NCBI RefSeq assembly: GCF_051307035.1
Contig: NZ_CP195536.1
Span: 1,890,001-1,922,000 of the forward strand
Length of the DNA: 32,000 bases
Origin: Psychrobacter sp. DM4
Lineage (GTDB): Bacteria; Pseudomonadota; Gammaproteobacteria; Pseudomonadales; Moraxellaceae
Reading direction: 5' to 3'
Shown one piece after another: positions 1 through 10,144 of this stretch (the first letter of the stretch is position 1; each line of letters starts with the position of its first letter). The notes beneath the pieces are model-generated. The model was not told the origin of the DNA. It saw only the letters and a program-made list of their open reading frames with translations, and did no database searches. A program made the translations under genes and the position numbers.

Positions 1-33
1 TGTAACTCATACTACATTTATTAGGAGTCATCT

Positions 34-423
34 ATGTCACAAGACAATATTTCAAACCAAAATCAGGACAATAACGCGAGCACGCAAAACAATAACCCTG
101 ACGCTCCCATCGAGATTACCCCCGAGATGCAAGCTTTTTATCAGCGCGCTGATGCCCTTATCGGCGTTGCCAACAGCCAGTTGGGTCCAGAGGCTCACTC
201 AGGTCAAGTGGGCGCCTCACTTTTATACGCCGCGGCGCGCTATAGTGCTTCGGTTGCCTCTATTGGTTTTGTCAAAGGTGATGACTTCGCCAAAGAAAAA
301 GACGATATCGTCGAGTTCTATGTTAAACAATACCGTCAAATGCTCAGCGATAACTTAACTGACTATGCGCAAAACTTCGACAACTACGTACAGCTTAATC
401 AAGATGACAAGCCTGTTGAATAA
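34..423 (+). CDS. small N/Q-rich acidic protein, DUF3144-like (function unknown)
   Basis: 129-aa ORF. AGGAG at 23..27 lies 6 nt before the ATG, and a terminator follows. The central 'GASLLYAAARYSA' region resembles the DUF3144 family as I remember it. Confidence 0.6.
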   Translation: MSQDNISNQNQDNNASTQNNNPDAPIEITPEMQAFYQRADALIGVANSQLGPEAHSGQVGASLLYAAARYSASVASIGFVKGDDFAKEKDDIVEFYVKQYRQMLSDNLTDYAQNFDNYVQLNQDDKPVE

Positions 424-450
424 AGCACTCACACTAAAAGTATCAACACA

Positions 451-483
451 AATAGCCTATCATTAAGATAGGCTATTTTTTTG
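451..483 (+). terminator. rho-independent terminator
   Basis: Perfect hairpin AATAGCCTATC/GATAGGCTATT (451..476) followed by a T-run, 28 nt after the stop codon. Confidence 0.8.
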
Positions 484-560
484 CTTGGTCTACCGTCGAT
501 AAATCATACTTATTCGCAAATTTCAGATGAAAATAATCAACAATACCCATAAAAATACCC

Positions 561-587
561 ATACCCAGCTCATGACAAGCTGGGTAT
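561..587 (-). terminator. candidate terminator of the downstream BCCT gene
   Basis: 10-bp perfect stem ATACCCAGCT/AGCTGGGTAT with a 7-nt loop. On the minus strand it is followed by GGGTATTTTTAT, so the T-run is displaced by 5 nt. Confidence 0.5.
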
Positions 588-617
588 AGGGTTAAATAAA
601 ACTATTGGGCGTCATTT

Positions 618-2270
618 TTAGATATCTTTTCCAAGAACAGGCGGACCCTTTAACAGCGCTTCATCTGCAAATTCATTTGCTGAATTGTGCTCAGCGGATT
701 CTTCGGTGATATACCACTGCTGATTGCGATAGAGAATCAATCTATCACGGCTGAGGCCACGTAGTAAGGAGTACATCATAATCAAAATGACGATAGCAAA
801 AGGAAAGCCTGATACGATGGAGGCCGCTTGTAGCGCGCCTAGACCACCAGCTGCTAATAACACTGCTGCGATAACGCCTTCTGTACCTGCCCAAAACAAT
901 CGCTGGATTTTTGGTGGATTGGTATCGCCGCCTGACGTCAGCATATCAATGACAAAACTAGCAGAATCTGATGAGGTGACAAACCAAAGTACGATCATCA
1001 CAATAATCAAAAACGATACCGCTTCGGTCATAGGATAAAATTCCATGAGCGCAAAGATCGCACTACCGCTATCCGCTTTTACCGCATCGACCAAACCTGG
1101 GCTCATGATTGCAGGATCAGCTGCAGCCATTAGCTCCATATTGACCGCCGCGCCGCCAAAAGCGGTGAACCATATAAATAAAATGGTCACAGGTATCAAT
1201 AACACACCTAAGATAAACTCACGAATAGTACGGCCGCGCGAGATACGGGCAACGAATACACCAACGAATGGTGACCAGCTGATCCACCATGCCCAGTAAA
1301 ATATCGTCCAGTATGACTGCCAGTTCTCTTCGCCCTCATACGACTCAGTCCATAATCCTAACGGAATCGCTTGGTGCAAATAGTTACCGATATTTTCGAC
1401 AAAGCTATTTAGAATAAACTGCGTAGGCCCTAAGATAATCACAAAGCTAAGCAGTACGATAGTCAAGAATATATTGATATCACTTAAACGCTTAATCCCT
1501 TTATCTAGTCCTAAAAACAGTGACATACCCGCAAACATAGTAATCACAGCAATCAAGATAATCTGCGTGGTAATGTTATTTGGGATACCAAACAAGGTAT
1601 CGAGGCCAGAGTTGATCTGTAATACGCCAAGGCCTAGCGTCGTCACGACTCCAAACATGGTACCGAATACGGCAAGCGTATCAACCGTATGACCCATAGG
1701 ACCGTATATTTTTTTACCGATTAGTGGATAAAGCGTTGAGCGAATCGCTAGAGGCAAGCCCACGCGGTAGTGAAAATACGCCAGCGCTAATGCCACGATA
1801 CCGTAAATAGCCCAAACGTGAAAACCATAATGCAAGAATGAGATATTCATTGCAAGCTTAGCCGCTTCCACAGTTTCAGGAGTACCTAAAGGCGGTGCCA
1901 TGTAATGATATAACGGCTCAGCAGTTCCCCAATACAGTAACCCGATACCAATACCTGCTGAAAATAGCATACCTATCCAAGATACCAGGTTGTATTCAGG
2001 TTTCTCTGTTTGATGGCCAAGCCTTATATCGCCATAGCGACTAAAGATCAGGTACACGCTCATCAGTAGCGCCAGATTGACGACGACGATAAAGAACCAA
2101 CCAAAACGCAAAGAGACAAACGCTTTGGCTTCATTGAATATGACTTCGGCTTGTTCATTGAACAACGCACCAAAGATGATAAAAACGATAATCAAAATCG
2201 CTGAGGTCAAAAATACAGGTTTACTTACCCGCGGAAAAGGCCCTAATCGGCCTACTTTTACGTGATCCAT
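618..2270 (-). CDS. BCCT family (betaine/carnitine/choline) transporter, copy 1
   Basis: 550-aa polytopic membrane ORF with the BCCT hallmark tryptophan-rich segment 'WTIFYWAWWISWSPFVGVFVARISRGRTIREF'. Confidence 0.9.
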   Translation of the reverse strand: MDHVKVGRLGPFPRVSKPVFLTSAILIIVFIIFGALFNEQAEVIFNEAKAFVSLRFGWFFIVVVNLALLMSVYLIFSRYGDIRLGHQTEKPEYNLVSWIGMLFSAGIGIGLLYWGTAEPLYHYMAPPLGTPETVEAAKLAMNISFLHYGFHVWAIYGIVALALAYFHYRVGLPLAIRSTLYPLIGKKIYGPMGHTVDTLAVFGTMFGVVTTLGLGVLQINSGLDTLFGIPNNITTQIILIAVITMFAGMSLFLGLDKGIKRLSDINIFLTIVLLSFVIILGPTQFILNSFVENIGNYLHQAIPLGLWTESYEGEENWQSYWTIFYWAWWISWSPFVGVFVARISRGRTIREFILGVLLIPVTILFIWFTAFGGAAVNMELMAAADPAIMSPGLVDAVKADSGSAIFALMEFYPMTEAVSFLIIVMIVLWFVTSSDSASFVIDMLTSGGDTNPPKIQRLFWAGTEGVIAAVLLAAGGLGALQAASIVSGFPFAIVILIMMYSLLRGLSRDRLILYRNQQWYITEESAEHNSANEFADEALLKGPPVLGKDI

Positions 2271-2418
2271 AGGTATTCCAAAAGTTAAAATTGCGTCACC
2301 ATACCAAGGTATGAGCCAATTATCAAATGTAACGCTAACCTAGCAGTGCTAGCTTTGTTAAATGTACTAGTGAAACATTCAAGTTTATTTTGTTAAACAA
2401 ACTTGAATATTCAATGCC

Positions 2419-2454
2419 AAAAAACAGACCCCAACTTATAAATAAGCTGAGGTC
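2419..2454 (-). terminator. rho-independent terminator between the two BCCT genes
   Basis: On the minus strand: 12-bp stem GACCTCAGCTTA/TAAGTTGGGGTC (two G-U pairs), loop TTTA, then TGTTTTTT. It starts about 20 nt after the stop at 2476. Confidence 0.8.
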
Positions 2455-2475
2455 TATTGATAGCAAAATAACGAC

Positions 2476-4125
2476 TTAATCACCTTTGACGATTTTGGGA
2501 GGACCTGTTAATAGACCTTCATCAACGAACTCATTGGCCGTATTGTGATCAATGGACTCATCAGTAATATACTGCTGCTGCGCACGATAAAGGATCAAAC
2601 GATCTCGACCAAGACCACGCCATAGAGCGTACATCATAACAAAAATGACGATAGCAAAGGGTAGTCCTGCTACAATAGCCGCCGCTTGCAATGCACCAAG
2701 GCCACCTGCAGCGAGCAAAATTGCGGCAATAAACCCTTCCATCGTTGCCCAAAACAGACGCTGAATCTTTGGCGGATTGGTATCGCCGCCTGCGGTGAGC
2801 ATATCAATGACAAAGCTTGCAGAATCCGATGACGTTACAAACCACATTACAATCATAATGACAATCAATAAGGTGATCGGTTTGGCTAACGGATAATACT
2901 CAACCAACTTAAAGATGGCGCTACCTGTATCTGCTTGTACTGCCTCTATTAGTCCAGGGCTTACTAGAGCAGGATCAAGGGCAGCAAGTAGCTCCATATG
3001 AATAGCGACGCCACCAAAAGCTGTGAACCAGAAAAATAGGATAGTCATCGGTATCAGTAATACACCAAGGGTGAACTCGCGAATCGTACGACCGCGACTA
3101 ATACGAGCGATAAACACACCGACGAATGGGGCCCAACTTACCCACCATGCCCAATAAAATATCGTCCAACCACTCTGCCAATCAGTACCACTATAAGCCT
3201 CACCCCAAAAGCTTAAGGGAATAACAACGGCTAAATAATTACCGATATTTTCAAAGAAGCTATCAAAAATAAACAGGGTTGGACCTAAAATGACGATAAA
3301 GGCTAACAAAACGCCAGTCAGACCCATATTGATATCACTTAAACGCTTAATACCTTTATCAAGTCCTAGCATCAAAGAGCCACAAGCAAGCAAAGTAATA
3401 AAGGCAATGATTGCAAATTGCACACCAAGACTGTTTTGGATACCAAATAAGCTCTCAAGGCCTGAGTTGATCTGCATAACCCCTAGACCTAAGGAGGTTA
3501 CCACGCCAAACATCGTACCAAATACAGCTAAGATATCGACTGTATGACCCCAACCTCCGTAGATTCTTTGACCAAGTATAGGATACAAGGTCGATCGGAT
3601 AGAGAGCGGTAACCCACGTCTAAAGTGAAAATAAGCTAATGATAATGCCACGATAGTATAGATCGCCCATGCATGGAGTCCCCAATGCAAGAACGAGATA
3701 TTCATCGCCTGTTTAGCCGCCTCTATCGTCTCAGGCTCACCTAGTGGCGGTGCCATGTAGTGATACAAAGGCTCGGCGGTACCCCAATAGACTAGGCCGA
3801 TACCGATACCTGCTGAGAACAGCATCCCAATCCAAGATACCAAGCTATACTGTGGACGCTCTGTTTGATTACCCAAACGTATATCACCATAGCGACTCGC
3901 TATCAGGTAAATACAGAAGACCAGTGCCATATTCATCAATAATATGAAGAACCAGCCAAAGTTTGTGGTGATAAAGCTTTGTAAGAAACTAAAAAGTGCG
4001 CCTGCAGCTTCAGTAAAGAACACACCAAAAATGATAAATCCAACAATCAATATACTTGAAATAATAAAGACAGGCTTGTTGACTCTAGGAAAAGGGCCGA
4101 GCCTTTCAACTTTGACATGATCCAT
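2476..4125 (-). CDS. BCCT family transporter, copy 2 (tandem paralog)
   Basis: 549-aa ORF colinear with copy 1, with the same start 'MDHVKV.RLGPFPRV' and the same BCCT signature 'WTIFYWAWWVSWAPFVGVFIARISRGRTIREF'. Confidence 0.9.
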   Translation of the reverse strand: MDHVKVERLGPFPRVNKPVFIISSILIVGFIIFGVFFTEAAGALFSFLQSFITTNFGWFFILLMNMALVFCIYLIASRYGDIRLGNQTERPQYSLVSWIGMLFSAGIGIGLVYWGTAEPLYHYMAPPLGEPETIEAAKQAMNISFLHWGLHAWAIYTIVALSLAYFHFRRGLPLSIRSTLYPILGQRIYGGWGHTVDILAVFGTMFGVVTSLGLGVMQINSGLESLFGIQNSLGVQFAIIAFITLLACGSLMLGLDKGIKRLSDINMGLTGVLLAFIVILGPTLFIFDSFFENIGNYLAVVIPLSFWGEAYSGTDWQSGWTIFYWAWWVSWAPFVGVFIARISRGRTIREFTLGVLLIPMTILFFWFTAFGGVAIHMELLAALDPALVSPGLIEAVQADTGSAIFKLVEYYPLAKPITLLIVIMIVMWFVTSSDSASFVIDMLTAGGDTNPPKIQRLFWATMEGFIAAILLAAGGLGALQAAAIVAGLPFAIVIFVMMYALWRGLGRDRLILYRAQQQYITDESIDHNTANEFVDEGLLTGPPKIVKGD

Positions 4126-4272
4126 GTGCTAGATAACCTTAAAATTTTAGGAGGTTTACCTTAACAAGATAACGCACAACTATCAAATGTAAACCAAGCA
4201 CTTACAAGTGCTTATCGAATAGAAACAAACTCAAACCTCAACAGTTAAAAACGTTGTTTCAATATTAGCGAA

Positions 4273-4298
4273 GCTCCTACCTCTTAAAAGGTAGGAGC
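4273..4298 (-). terminator. hairpin downstream of the dehydrogenase gene (possible terminator)
   Basis: 9-bp perfect stem GCTCCTACC/GGTAGGAGC with an 8-nt loop, about 28 nt after the stop. No clear T-tract follows on the minus strand. Confidence 0.35.
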
Positions 4299-4325
4299 AA
4301 AGACATCCGGTACAATAGCGTTTAT

Positions 4326-5564
4326 TTATTGAGGCAGTAGCTGTAGTAGCCTTGCCTCATCGCCATCTTCAAGCAGCCAAACCTGACCCTCTACGGTCAA
4401 TACATTACGAATCCTTGCGCCCATGTCATAGCGATAACGCTCATTAGCATTACCTGCCGCATCCATATCGACTACGATAAGCGCTTGAGACGATAGACCA
4501 CTCATTAGGGCGTCGCCTTGCCACGCTGGAAAGTCGTTTTGACTACCTGAGGTATAGATACTCAGTGAAGAGGGTGAGATAACGGGTGTCCAAGAGACTT
4601 TGGGTGGCTCAAACTCAGGACGGGTGTCGTGATCAGGTATATCTATGCCTGAGTAATTACGTCCGTTAGAGACTACAGGCCAGCCGTAGTTATTACCCTT
4701 GGTGATCAAATTATACTCATCACCGCCACGAGGTCCCATCTCATTAGCCCACAATCTACCTGACTCATCAAACGCCATGCCAAGTACGTTGCGATGACCG
4801 GTACTCCAAAATTGGGCGCTAATATCGTTATTACTAATATAAGGATTATCATCAGGTATAGTACCATCTGGATATAATCGAATGATTTTACCTAAATTGA
4901 GACTCATGTCTTGCGCAGGTTCTTTTTCTTGACGATCGCCTGAGCTGATATACAGATAGCGTCCATCAGGCGAGAACAGCAATCTATGACTATAGTGCCC
5001 TTGCCCATCGATTTTTTTATTTTGCTGCCAGATGGTACTGATATTTTTCAGACTTGGCTTGCCCGTATCCAAATCAGTCAGCGTAGCTTTGATAACCTTT
5101 GCACCATATTTATTACTGTCAGCGCCGCTGCCGGCTTCGGCGTGACTTAGATATATAGTATTACTCGTCGCAAAATCAGGCGATAAAATAACATCTCCTA
5201 ACCCGCCTTGCCCGCCATAAGCCACCTCTGGCACACCTGTCACTTTCGTCTTGGTACCCGTCTGCGTATCGACCACAAACAGCTCCCCTGATTTTTGCGT
5301 GACCAGTAATTTAAGCGAACCATCAGCTGTTTTGGGTAGTGTAGTCATCGCCCACGGCTCGCTAAAGGTAGCCACTGCTTTGGTTGTAAACTCAGGCTCA
5401 TCTGTATTCATAGCTTTATCAGTTTGGGTGGCAGTCGCCGAATTGCTTTGCTTAGTATTATCAGTATCGACTGCTGTCGGTTCGGAGCAAGCAGCAGTGC
5501 TCAACATTAACGCGGCTATCATTACAGGCAAAGAGAGTGGCGCACTGATATATTTATTCTTCAT
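4326..5564 (-). CDS. PQQ-dependent (soluble) sugar/aldose dehydrogenase, probable lipoprotein
   Basis: GSDH/YliI-type beta-propeller motifs 'HYSHRLLFSPDGRYLYISSGD', 'GHRNVLGMAFD' and 'GGDEYNLITKGNNYGWP'. N-terminus has signal peptide plus 'LSTAAC' lipobox. I place the start at ATG 5564 because AAGGA sits 9 nt upstream; the ORF track extends to GTG 5585. Confidence 0.8.
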   Translation of the reverse strand: MKNKYISAPLSLPVMIAALMLSTAACSEPTAVDTDNTKQSNSATATQTDKAMNTDEPEFTTKAVATFSEPWAMTTLPKTADGSLKLLVTQKSGELFVVDTQTGTKTKVTGVPEVAYGGQGGLGDVILSPDFATSNTIYLSHAEAGSGADSNKYGAKVIKATLTDLDTGKPSLKNISTIWQQNKKIDGQGHYSHRLLFSPDGRYLYISSGDRQEKEPAQDMSLNLGKIIRLYPDGTIPDDNPYISNNDISAQFWSTGHRNVLGMAFDESGRLWANEMGPRGGDEYNLITKGNNYGWPVVSNGRNYSGIDIPDHDTRPEFEPPKVSWTPVISPSSLSIYTSGSQNDFPAWQGDALMSGLSSQALIVVDMDAAGNANERYRYDMGARIRNVLTVEGQVWLLEDGDEARLLQLLPQ

Positions 5565-5646
5565 TATAAACATCCTTTTATACACATAGTCTTGTTTCTA
5601 ATATAGCAAGCAAGAGCACTATTCGGGTACAAATTATGTTTTCTAC

Positions 5647-5679
5647 AAAAAAACCCTTACCTACATCTGTAGATAAGGG
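5647..5679 (-). terminator. rho-independent terminator of clpB
   Basis: On the minus strand: CCCTTATCTAC-AGAT-GTAGGTAAGGG hairpin followed by TTTTTTT, about 30 nt after the clpB stop. Confidence 0.85.
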
Positions 5680-5709
5680 AATTATGCAAATATTGGTACA
5701 TGTTAAAGA

Positions 5710-8307
5710 CTAACTGACTCGCAACTTCCCAAAGATTAGTTTGTCATCAGCGTCCAACTCAACTTTGATGATGTCACCTGCGACAAAGTCACCTGCTAGC
5801 AGCTTCATCGACAGTGGGTTTTCGATCTCTTGCTGAATGGCGCGTTTGAGTGGACGTGCCCCATATACCGGATCGTAACCGACTGCGACCAGCTTATTCA
5901 TCGCATCGTGTGACAGCTCGATGTCCAGCTCGCGCTCATGCAAACGATGACGCAAACGATCAATCTGAATCTCAGCAATACCTGCCATCTGCGACATACC
6001 TAGCGGATGGAACACGACGATTTCATCAATACGGTTGACGAACTCTGGACGGAAATGTTGCCCGACCGAATCCATAACCTCCGCTTTGATATCCTCGTAA
6101 CTCTCACCAACCATTTCTTGAATCTTATGCGAGCCCAAGTTACTAGTCATAATGATAACCGTGTTCTTGAAATCAACAACGCGGCCTTGCGAATCTGTCA
6201 AACGCCCATCATCCAATACTTGCAACAAGATATTAAACACATCAGGGTGCGCTTTTTCAACCTCATCAAACAAGATGACGCTATAGGGCTTACGGCGTAC
6301 CGCTTCGGTCAGCGTACCGCCTTCCTCGTAGCCGACATATCCTGGAGGCGCGCCCACCAAGCGACTCACGCTGTGCTTCTCCATATACTCACTCATATCG
6401 ATACGCACGATAGCGTCTTCACTATCGAATAAGAAGTTGGCAAGCGACTTAGTCAGCTCAGTCTTACCGACACCCGTAGGCCCTAAGAAAAGAAAAGACC
6501 CTGAGGGACGATTGGGATCAGATAAACCTGCGCGACTGCGGCGCACCGCATTAGCAACGGCTTCGACCGCTTCGTCTTGACCGATAACGCGTTCATGAAG
6601 TTTGTCTTCCATCGCGATCATCTTGTCGCGCTCGCCTTGCAGCATTTTGCTCACAGGGATACCTGTTGCAGCCGCAACCACTTCTGCGATCTCATTATCC
6701 GTGACTTTGTTACGCAGCAGTTTGACGCCCGCAGGCTCGCCGATCTGTTCTGTTTGCTCAGCAAGGTCAATCTCAGCTATTTGTTTTTCGAGTTCCGGTA
6801 TGACGCCATATTGCAATCGAGACATCTCTGCATAATCACCATCACGTGTGGCTTTTTCTAGCTGAATACGTGCTCTATCTAAGTTTTCTTTATGTTGTTT
6901 GCTACCTTCAACGAGAGCCTTTTCTGCTTGCCAGATTTCAGTAAGATCGGCAAGGTCTCTTTCTAGCTCGTCTATTTGACCATCGAGCACTTTGCGCTCT
7001 GCTTGTGCGCCCACATCTTCTTCATTTTTGAGCACTTCACGTTGCATTTTAAGTTGAATCAAGCGGCTATCGAGCTTGCCCAGCGCTTCAGGCTTGCTAT
7101 CCATCTCCATACGTAGACGACTGGCGGCCTCATCAATTAAATCAATGGCTTTATCAGGCAGTTTGCGATCAGTAATATAGCGATGACTCATGCGCGCCGC
7201 CGCTATAATGGCGCTGTCTTGAATGACAACATTATGATGAAGCTCATAACGATTTTTGAGGCCACGTAGAATCGCAATGGTATCTTCTACGGTTGGCTCA
7301 TCGACCAGTACCTTTTGAAAACGACGCTCAAGCGCGGCGTCTTTTTCGATGTATTTACGGTATTCATCCAATGTGGTTGCGCCCACGCAGTGCAGCTCAC
7401 CGCGAGCGAGAGCAGGTTTTAGCATGTTACCTGCGTCCATTGCGCCCTCAGATTTACCTGCACCGACCATCGTATGTAGCTCGTCAATGAACAGGATAAC
7501 GTTACCCTCAGCCTTAGCCAAATCGCTAAGCACCGCTTTGAGACGCTCTTCGAACTCACCGCGAAACTTAGCACCTGCTATTAGCGCACCTAAGTCTAAT
7601 GACAGCACTTCTTTACGGCGAAGTCCTTCTGGGACATCACCCTTAATGATCTTTTGTGCCAATCCCTCAACGATAGCGGTTTTACCGACACCCGGCTCAC
7701 CGATCAGTACAGGGTTATTTTTGGTACGGCGTGAGAGCACTTGAATGGTACGGCGAATCTCTTCGTCCCGTCCAATGACCGGATCAAGCTTACCCAGCTC
7801 GGCTTGTTCCGTTAAATTAATCGTGTATTTATTGAGGGCATCACGCTGGTCTTCGGCGTTTTGATTGTTCACCGTCTCATCACCGCGCAATTGCTCTATC
7901 ACCGCTTTTAGTTTAGCTGCCGTAACGCCTGCGCCCTCAAAAATCTTTTTGGTTTCGCCCTGCTCAGCGAGTGCCAGCATGACCCATTCGGTCGCGATAA
8001 AATCATCGCCCTCTTTTTGGGCTTGACGATCTGCCAAATTTAAGATCTTGACCGAGCTTGGGTTTAGGTTGACGTCCCCTGTAGGATCACTAATCGTCGC
8101 TTGACTATCCAGCGCTTTGGCAACGCCGTTCTTGAGCGCAGGAATAGATGCGCCTGCCTGCTGACAGATGGATAAGTTCGACTCATCTTGTAATAAGACA
8201 GCAAGAAGATGCACCGGATCGATGCCCGTGTGGTCATGACCTAACGCTAGGCTCTGCGCCTCTTGTATAGCGGTTTGCAGCTTTTGCGTAAATTTTTCGA
8301 ATCTCAT
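5710..8307 (-). CDS. clpB: ATP-dependent chaperone/disaggregase ClpB
   Basis: 865-aa ORF. It has two AAA+ modules with Walker A 'GEPGVGKT' and 'GPTGVGKT', a long coiled-coil middle domain and a Clp N-domain. Confidence 0.97.
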   Translation of the reverse strand: MRFEKFTQKLQTAIQEAQSLALGHDHTGIDPVHLLAVLLQDESNLSICQQAGASIPALKNGVAKALDSQATISDPTGDVNLNPSSVKILNLADRQAQKEGDDFIATEWVMLALAEQGETKKIFEGAGVTAAKLKAVIEQLRGDETVNNQNAEDQRDALNKYTINLTEQAELGKLDPVIGRDEEIRRTIQVLSRRTKNNPVLIGEPGVGKTAIVEGLAQKIIKGDVPEGLRRKEVLSLDLGALIAGAKFRGEFEERLKAVLSDLAKAEGNVILFIDELHTMVGAGKSEGAMDAGNMLKPALARGELHCVGATTLDEYRKYIEKDAALERRFQKVLVDEPTVEDTIAILRGLKNRYELHHNVVIQDSAIIAAARMSHRYITDRKLPDKAIDLIDEAASRLRMEMDSKPEALGKLDSRLIQLKMQREVLKNEEDVGAQAERKVLDGQIDELERDLADLTEIWQAEKALVEGSKQHKENLDRARIQLEKATRDGDYAEMSRLQYGVIPELEKQIAEIDLAEQTEQIGEPAGVKLLRNKVTDNEIAEVVAAATGIPVSKMLQGERDKMIAMEDKLHERVIGQDEAVEAVANAVRRSRAGLSDPNRPSGSFLFLGPTGVGKTELTKSLANFLFDSEDAIVRIDMSEYMEKHSVSRLVGAPPGYVGYEEGGTLTEAVRRKPYSVILFDEVEKAHPDVFNILLQVLDDGRLTDSQGRVVDFKNTVIIMTSNLGSHKIQEMVGESYEDIKAEVMDSVGQHFRPEFVNRIDEIVVFHPLGMSQMAGIAEIQIDRLRHRLHERELDIELSHDAMNKLVAVGYDPVYGARPLKRAIQQEIENPLSMKLLAGDFVAGDIIKVELDADDKLIFGKLRVS

Positions 8308-8387
8308 AACGTATTCCTCTAATAATAAATGGTTGGCCGCGACGCTTATAATCTTGTAATGACGCTGCTAACCTTTGGTTGCTATCT

Positions 8388-8416
8388 ATATAAGGTATAA
8401 AGAAGATGATTTCAAC
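8388..8416 (-). promoter_or_regulatory. candidate sigma-32 (heat-shock) promoter of clpB
   Basis: On the minus strand: TTGAAA (8416..8411), a 14-nt spacer, then ACCTTATAT (8396..8388). Against the sigma-32 -10 CCCCATNT this is a partial match (5/8). It lies about 80 nt upstream of the clpB ATG. Confidence 0.35.
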
Positions 8417-8622
8417 TCCCAATTATTACTTGTCAATAATAAATAATGACTTTGTGGTATGAGGGTCAAAGCAGATGATATATGGCTTTAATTAAAACCC
8501 TACTACAAATGATGATATCAAGCTTATGCTATTAATAGGTATAGGATAGATTTATTTCAAGAAAAACAATGAGAGGAAGATGTGGATTTTTGCTATTGAT
8601 AATTAACTTAGAGAAATAAAAT

Positions 8623-9228
8623 TTATTCTATAATTTCAATTGGTGTTCCAAGGGTAATGAGATTCATGATTTCATCCATCTCATCGTTGGTGACTGCGAT
8701 ACAGCCATCCGTCCAATTGCGCTGCTGATTGTACCAAGCCAGATCGCCTAGTCCATTCATCTGTCCGTGAATCATAATGTCACCGCCTGCACTGACTCCA
8801 AGAGCTTCGGCGCGCGCTTTATCAGCGTCATTGGGGTAGCTGATATGAATAGAGCGATAAGCGATGGAATTCTCGTTCTTGTAGTCGAGGGTATAAGTAC
8901 CAACTGGCGTGCGCTCATCCCCCTCTTGCTGCTTGTGACCGATAGGATTCTCACCCAATGCAATATGGTAGGATTTGACAACCCTATCACCGTCTAGCAG
9001 TTGCATGGTGCGCTCAGACTTATCCACAAAGACTTTGTCAATCGTCACCGTATTTGGAATGGCAATCGTGCTGGCATAAGATCCTTGGGCGCGAAAAGGC
9101 GTTTTGTCATAGCGAACCAGACCGATGATACCCACAGCGACCAGACCGATAGCAAAAAGAGCAAGCATCCTAATCTTAGGATGCTTGCTCTTGCTTGGCT
9201 GGCTGATGTTATTAGTAGAGAGAGACAT
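8623..9228 (-). CDS. L,D-transpeptidase (YkuD/ErfK domain) family protein, membrane-anchored
   Basis: 201-aa ORF with an N-terminal TM anchor. The C-terminal catalytic motif 'IMIHGQ...WTDGCIAV' matches the H...GC pattern of YkuD domains. Confidence 0.8.
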   Translation of the reverse strand: MSLSTNNISQPSKSKHPKIRMLALFAIGLVAVGIIGLVRYDKTPFRAQGSYASTIAIPNTVTIDKVFVDKSERTMQLLDGDRVVKSYHIALGENPIGHKQQEGDERTPVGTYTLDYKNENSIAYRSIHISYPNDADKARAEALGVSAGGDIMIHGQMNGLGDLAWYNQQRNWTDGCIAVTNDEMDEIMNLITLGTPIEIIE

Positions 9229-9358
9229 AAAGAATCTACTTTATTTAAGAATAAACGCTTATAAATATAGCAAATAACATAAGATTTCTGTATGTAAAAA
9301 CAATGAAGGTTAAATGAATAAAGCTTTATACCTTTCTAAAAAATCAACTTTAAACGAT

Positions 9359-10144
9359 TTACACCATACGAATCGCGCCATCTAAACGGATTACTTCGCC
9401 ATTGAGATAAGCATTATCAATAATATGAACAACGAGCTTGGCGAACTCATCAGGAGCTCCCAAACGCTTAGGATAAGGCACAGCTGCCTCTAATTGCTCG
9501 CGCGCCTTTTCAGGAATAGCGTTCATCATAGGCGTCGCAAATACCCCCGGCGCAATCGTCATCACTCGAATACCGTGACGGGTCAGCTCACGGGCCAGTG
9601 GCAACATCATACCAACGACGCCCGCCTTCGATGAGGCGTAGCTTGCTTGCCCTACTTGACCGTCAAAAGCGGCGATAGAGGCCGTATTGATGATAATGCC
9701 GTTATCCGTGTTCTGCTCATTGTCAGGGCTAGCGTTAGCCGCCATGCGCTTAGCAATACTAGAGGCCACTAGGCGTGCAACATTAAATGAGCCGACTTGG
9801 TTGATAGTGACCCCGCGAGTGAACTGTTCAAGATCGGCGGGATTATTATCACGATCAAGCAGCTTTTGCACGACAGCAATACCTGCGCAGTTGATAGAGC
9901 CTTGTAACCCACCGAATGCCTCTTCTGCCAGACTAACAGCCGCTTGCACTTCATCGCTGCTAGTCACGTCACAACGGGCAAAAAGCGCTCTGTCCCCCAA
10001 TTCATTTACTAAGTCTTGTCCTGCTGATTCATTGAGATCAGCGATAACGACATTACCGCCTTGAGCCACAATCGCACGAACGACTGACTCACCTAGTCCT
10101 GAAGCGCCGCCTGTGACTAAAAAACTATTGTCTTTAACTTGCAT
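9359..10144 (-). CDS. short-chain dehydrogenase/reductase, 3-hydroxyacyl-CoA dehydrogenase type-2 (HSD10)-like
   Basis: 261-aa ORF with 'TGGASGLG' NAD-binding motif, catalytic 'YASSK' (YxxxK) and an HSD10-like 'IRVMTIAPGVFATPM' segment. Confidence 0.8.
   Translation of the reverse strand: MQVKDNSFLVTGGASGLGESVVRAIVAQGGNVVIADLNESAGQDLVNELGDRALFARCDVTSSDEVQAAVSLAEEAFGGLQGSINCAGIAVVQKLLDRDNNPADLEQFTRGVTINQVGSFNVARLVASSIAKRMAANASPDNEQNTDNGIIINTASIAAFDGQVGQASYASSKAGVVGMMLPLARELTRHGIRVMTIAPGVFATPMMNAIPEKAREQLEAAVPYPKRLGAPDEFAKLVVHIIDNAYLNGEVIRLDGAIRMV

Noticed and set aside
5850-7744. Several 60-140-aa plus-strand ORFs from the track (for example 6007..6432 and 7349..7744) antisense to clpB.
   Set aside because: They lie entirely inside a high-confidence conserved gene on the opposite strand. 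They have low-complexity R/S/A-rich translations and no SD or recognisable motifs, as expected for antisense frame artefacts.
8234-8422. A 62-aa minus-strand ORF spanning the clpB start and promoter region.
   Set aside because: It overlaps the clpB 5' end and the putative promoter, and it has no SD or recognisable motif.
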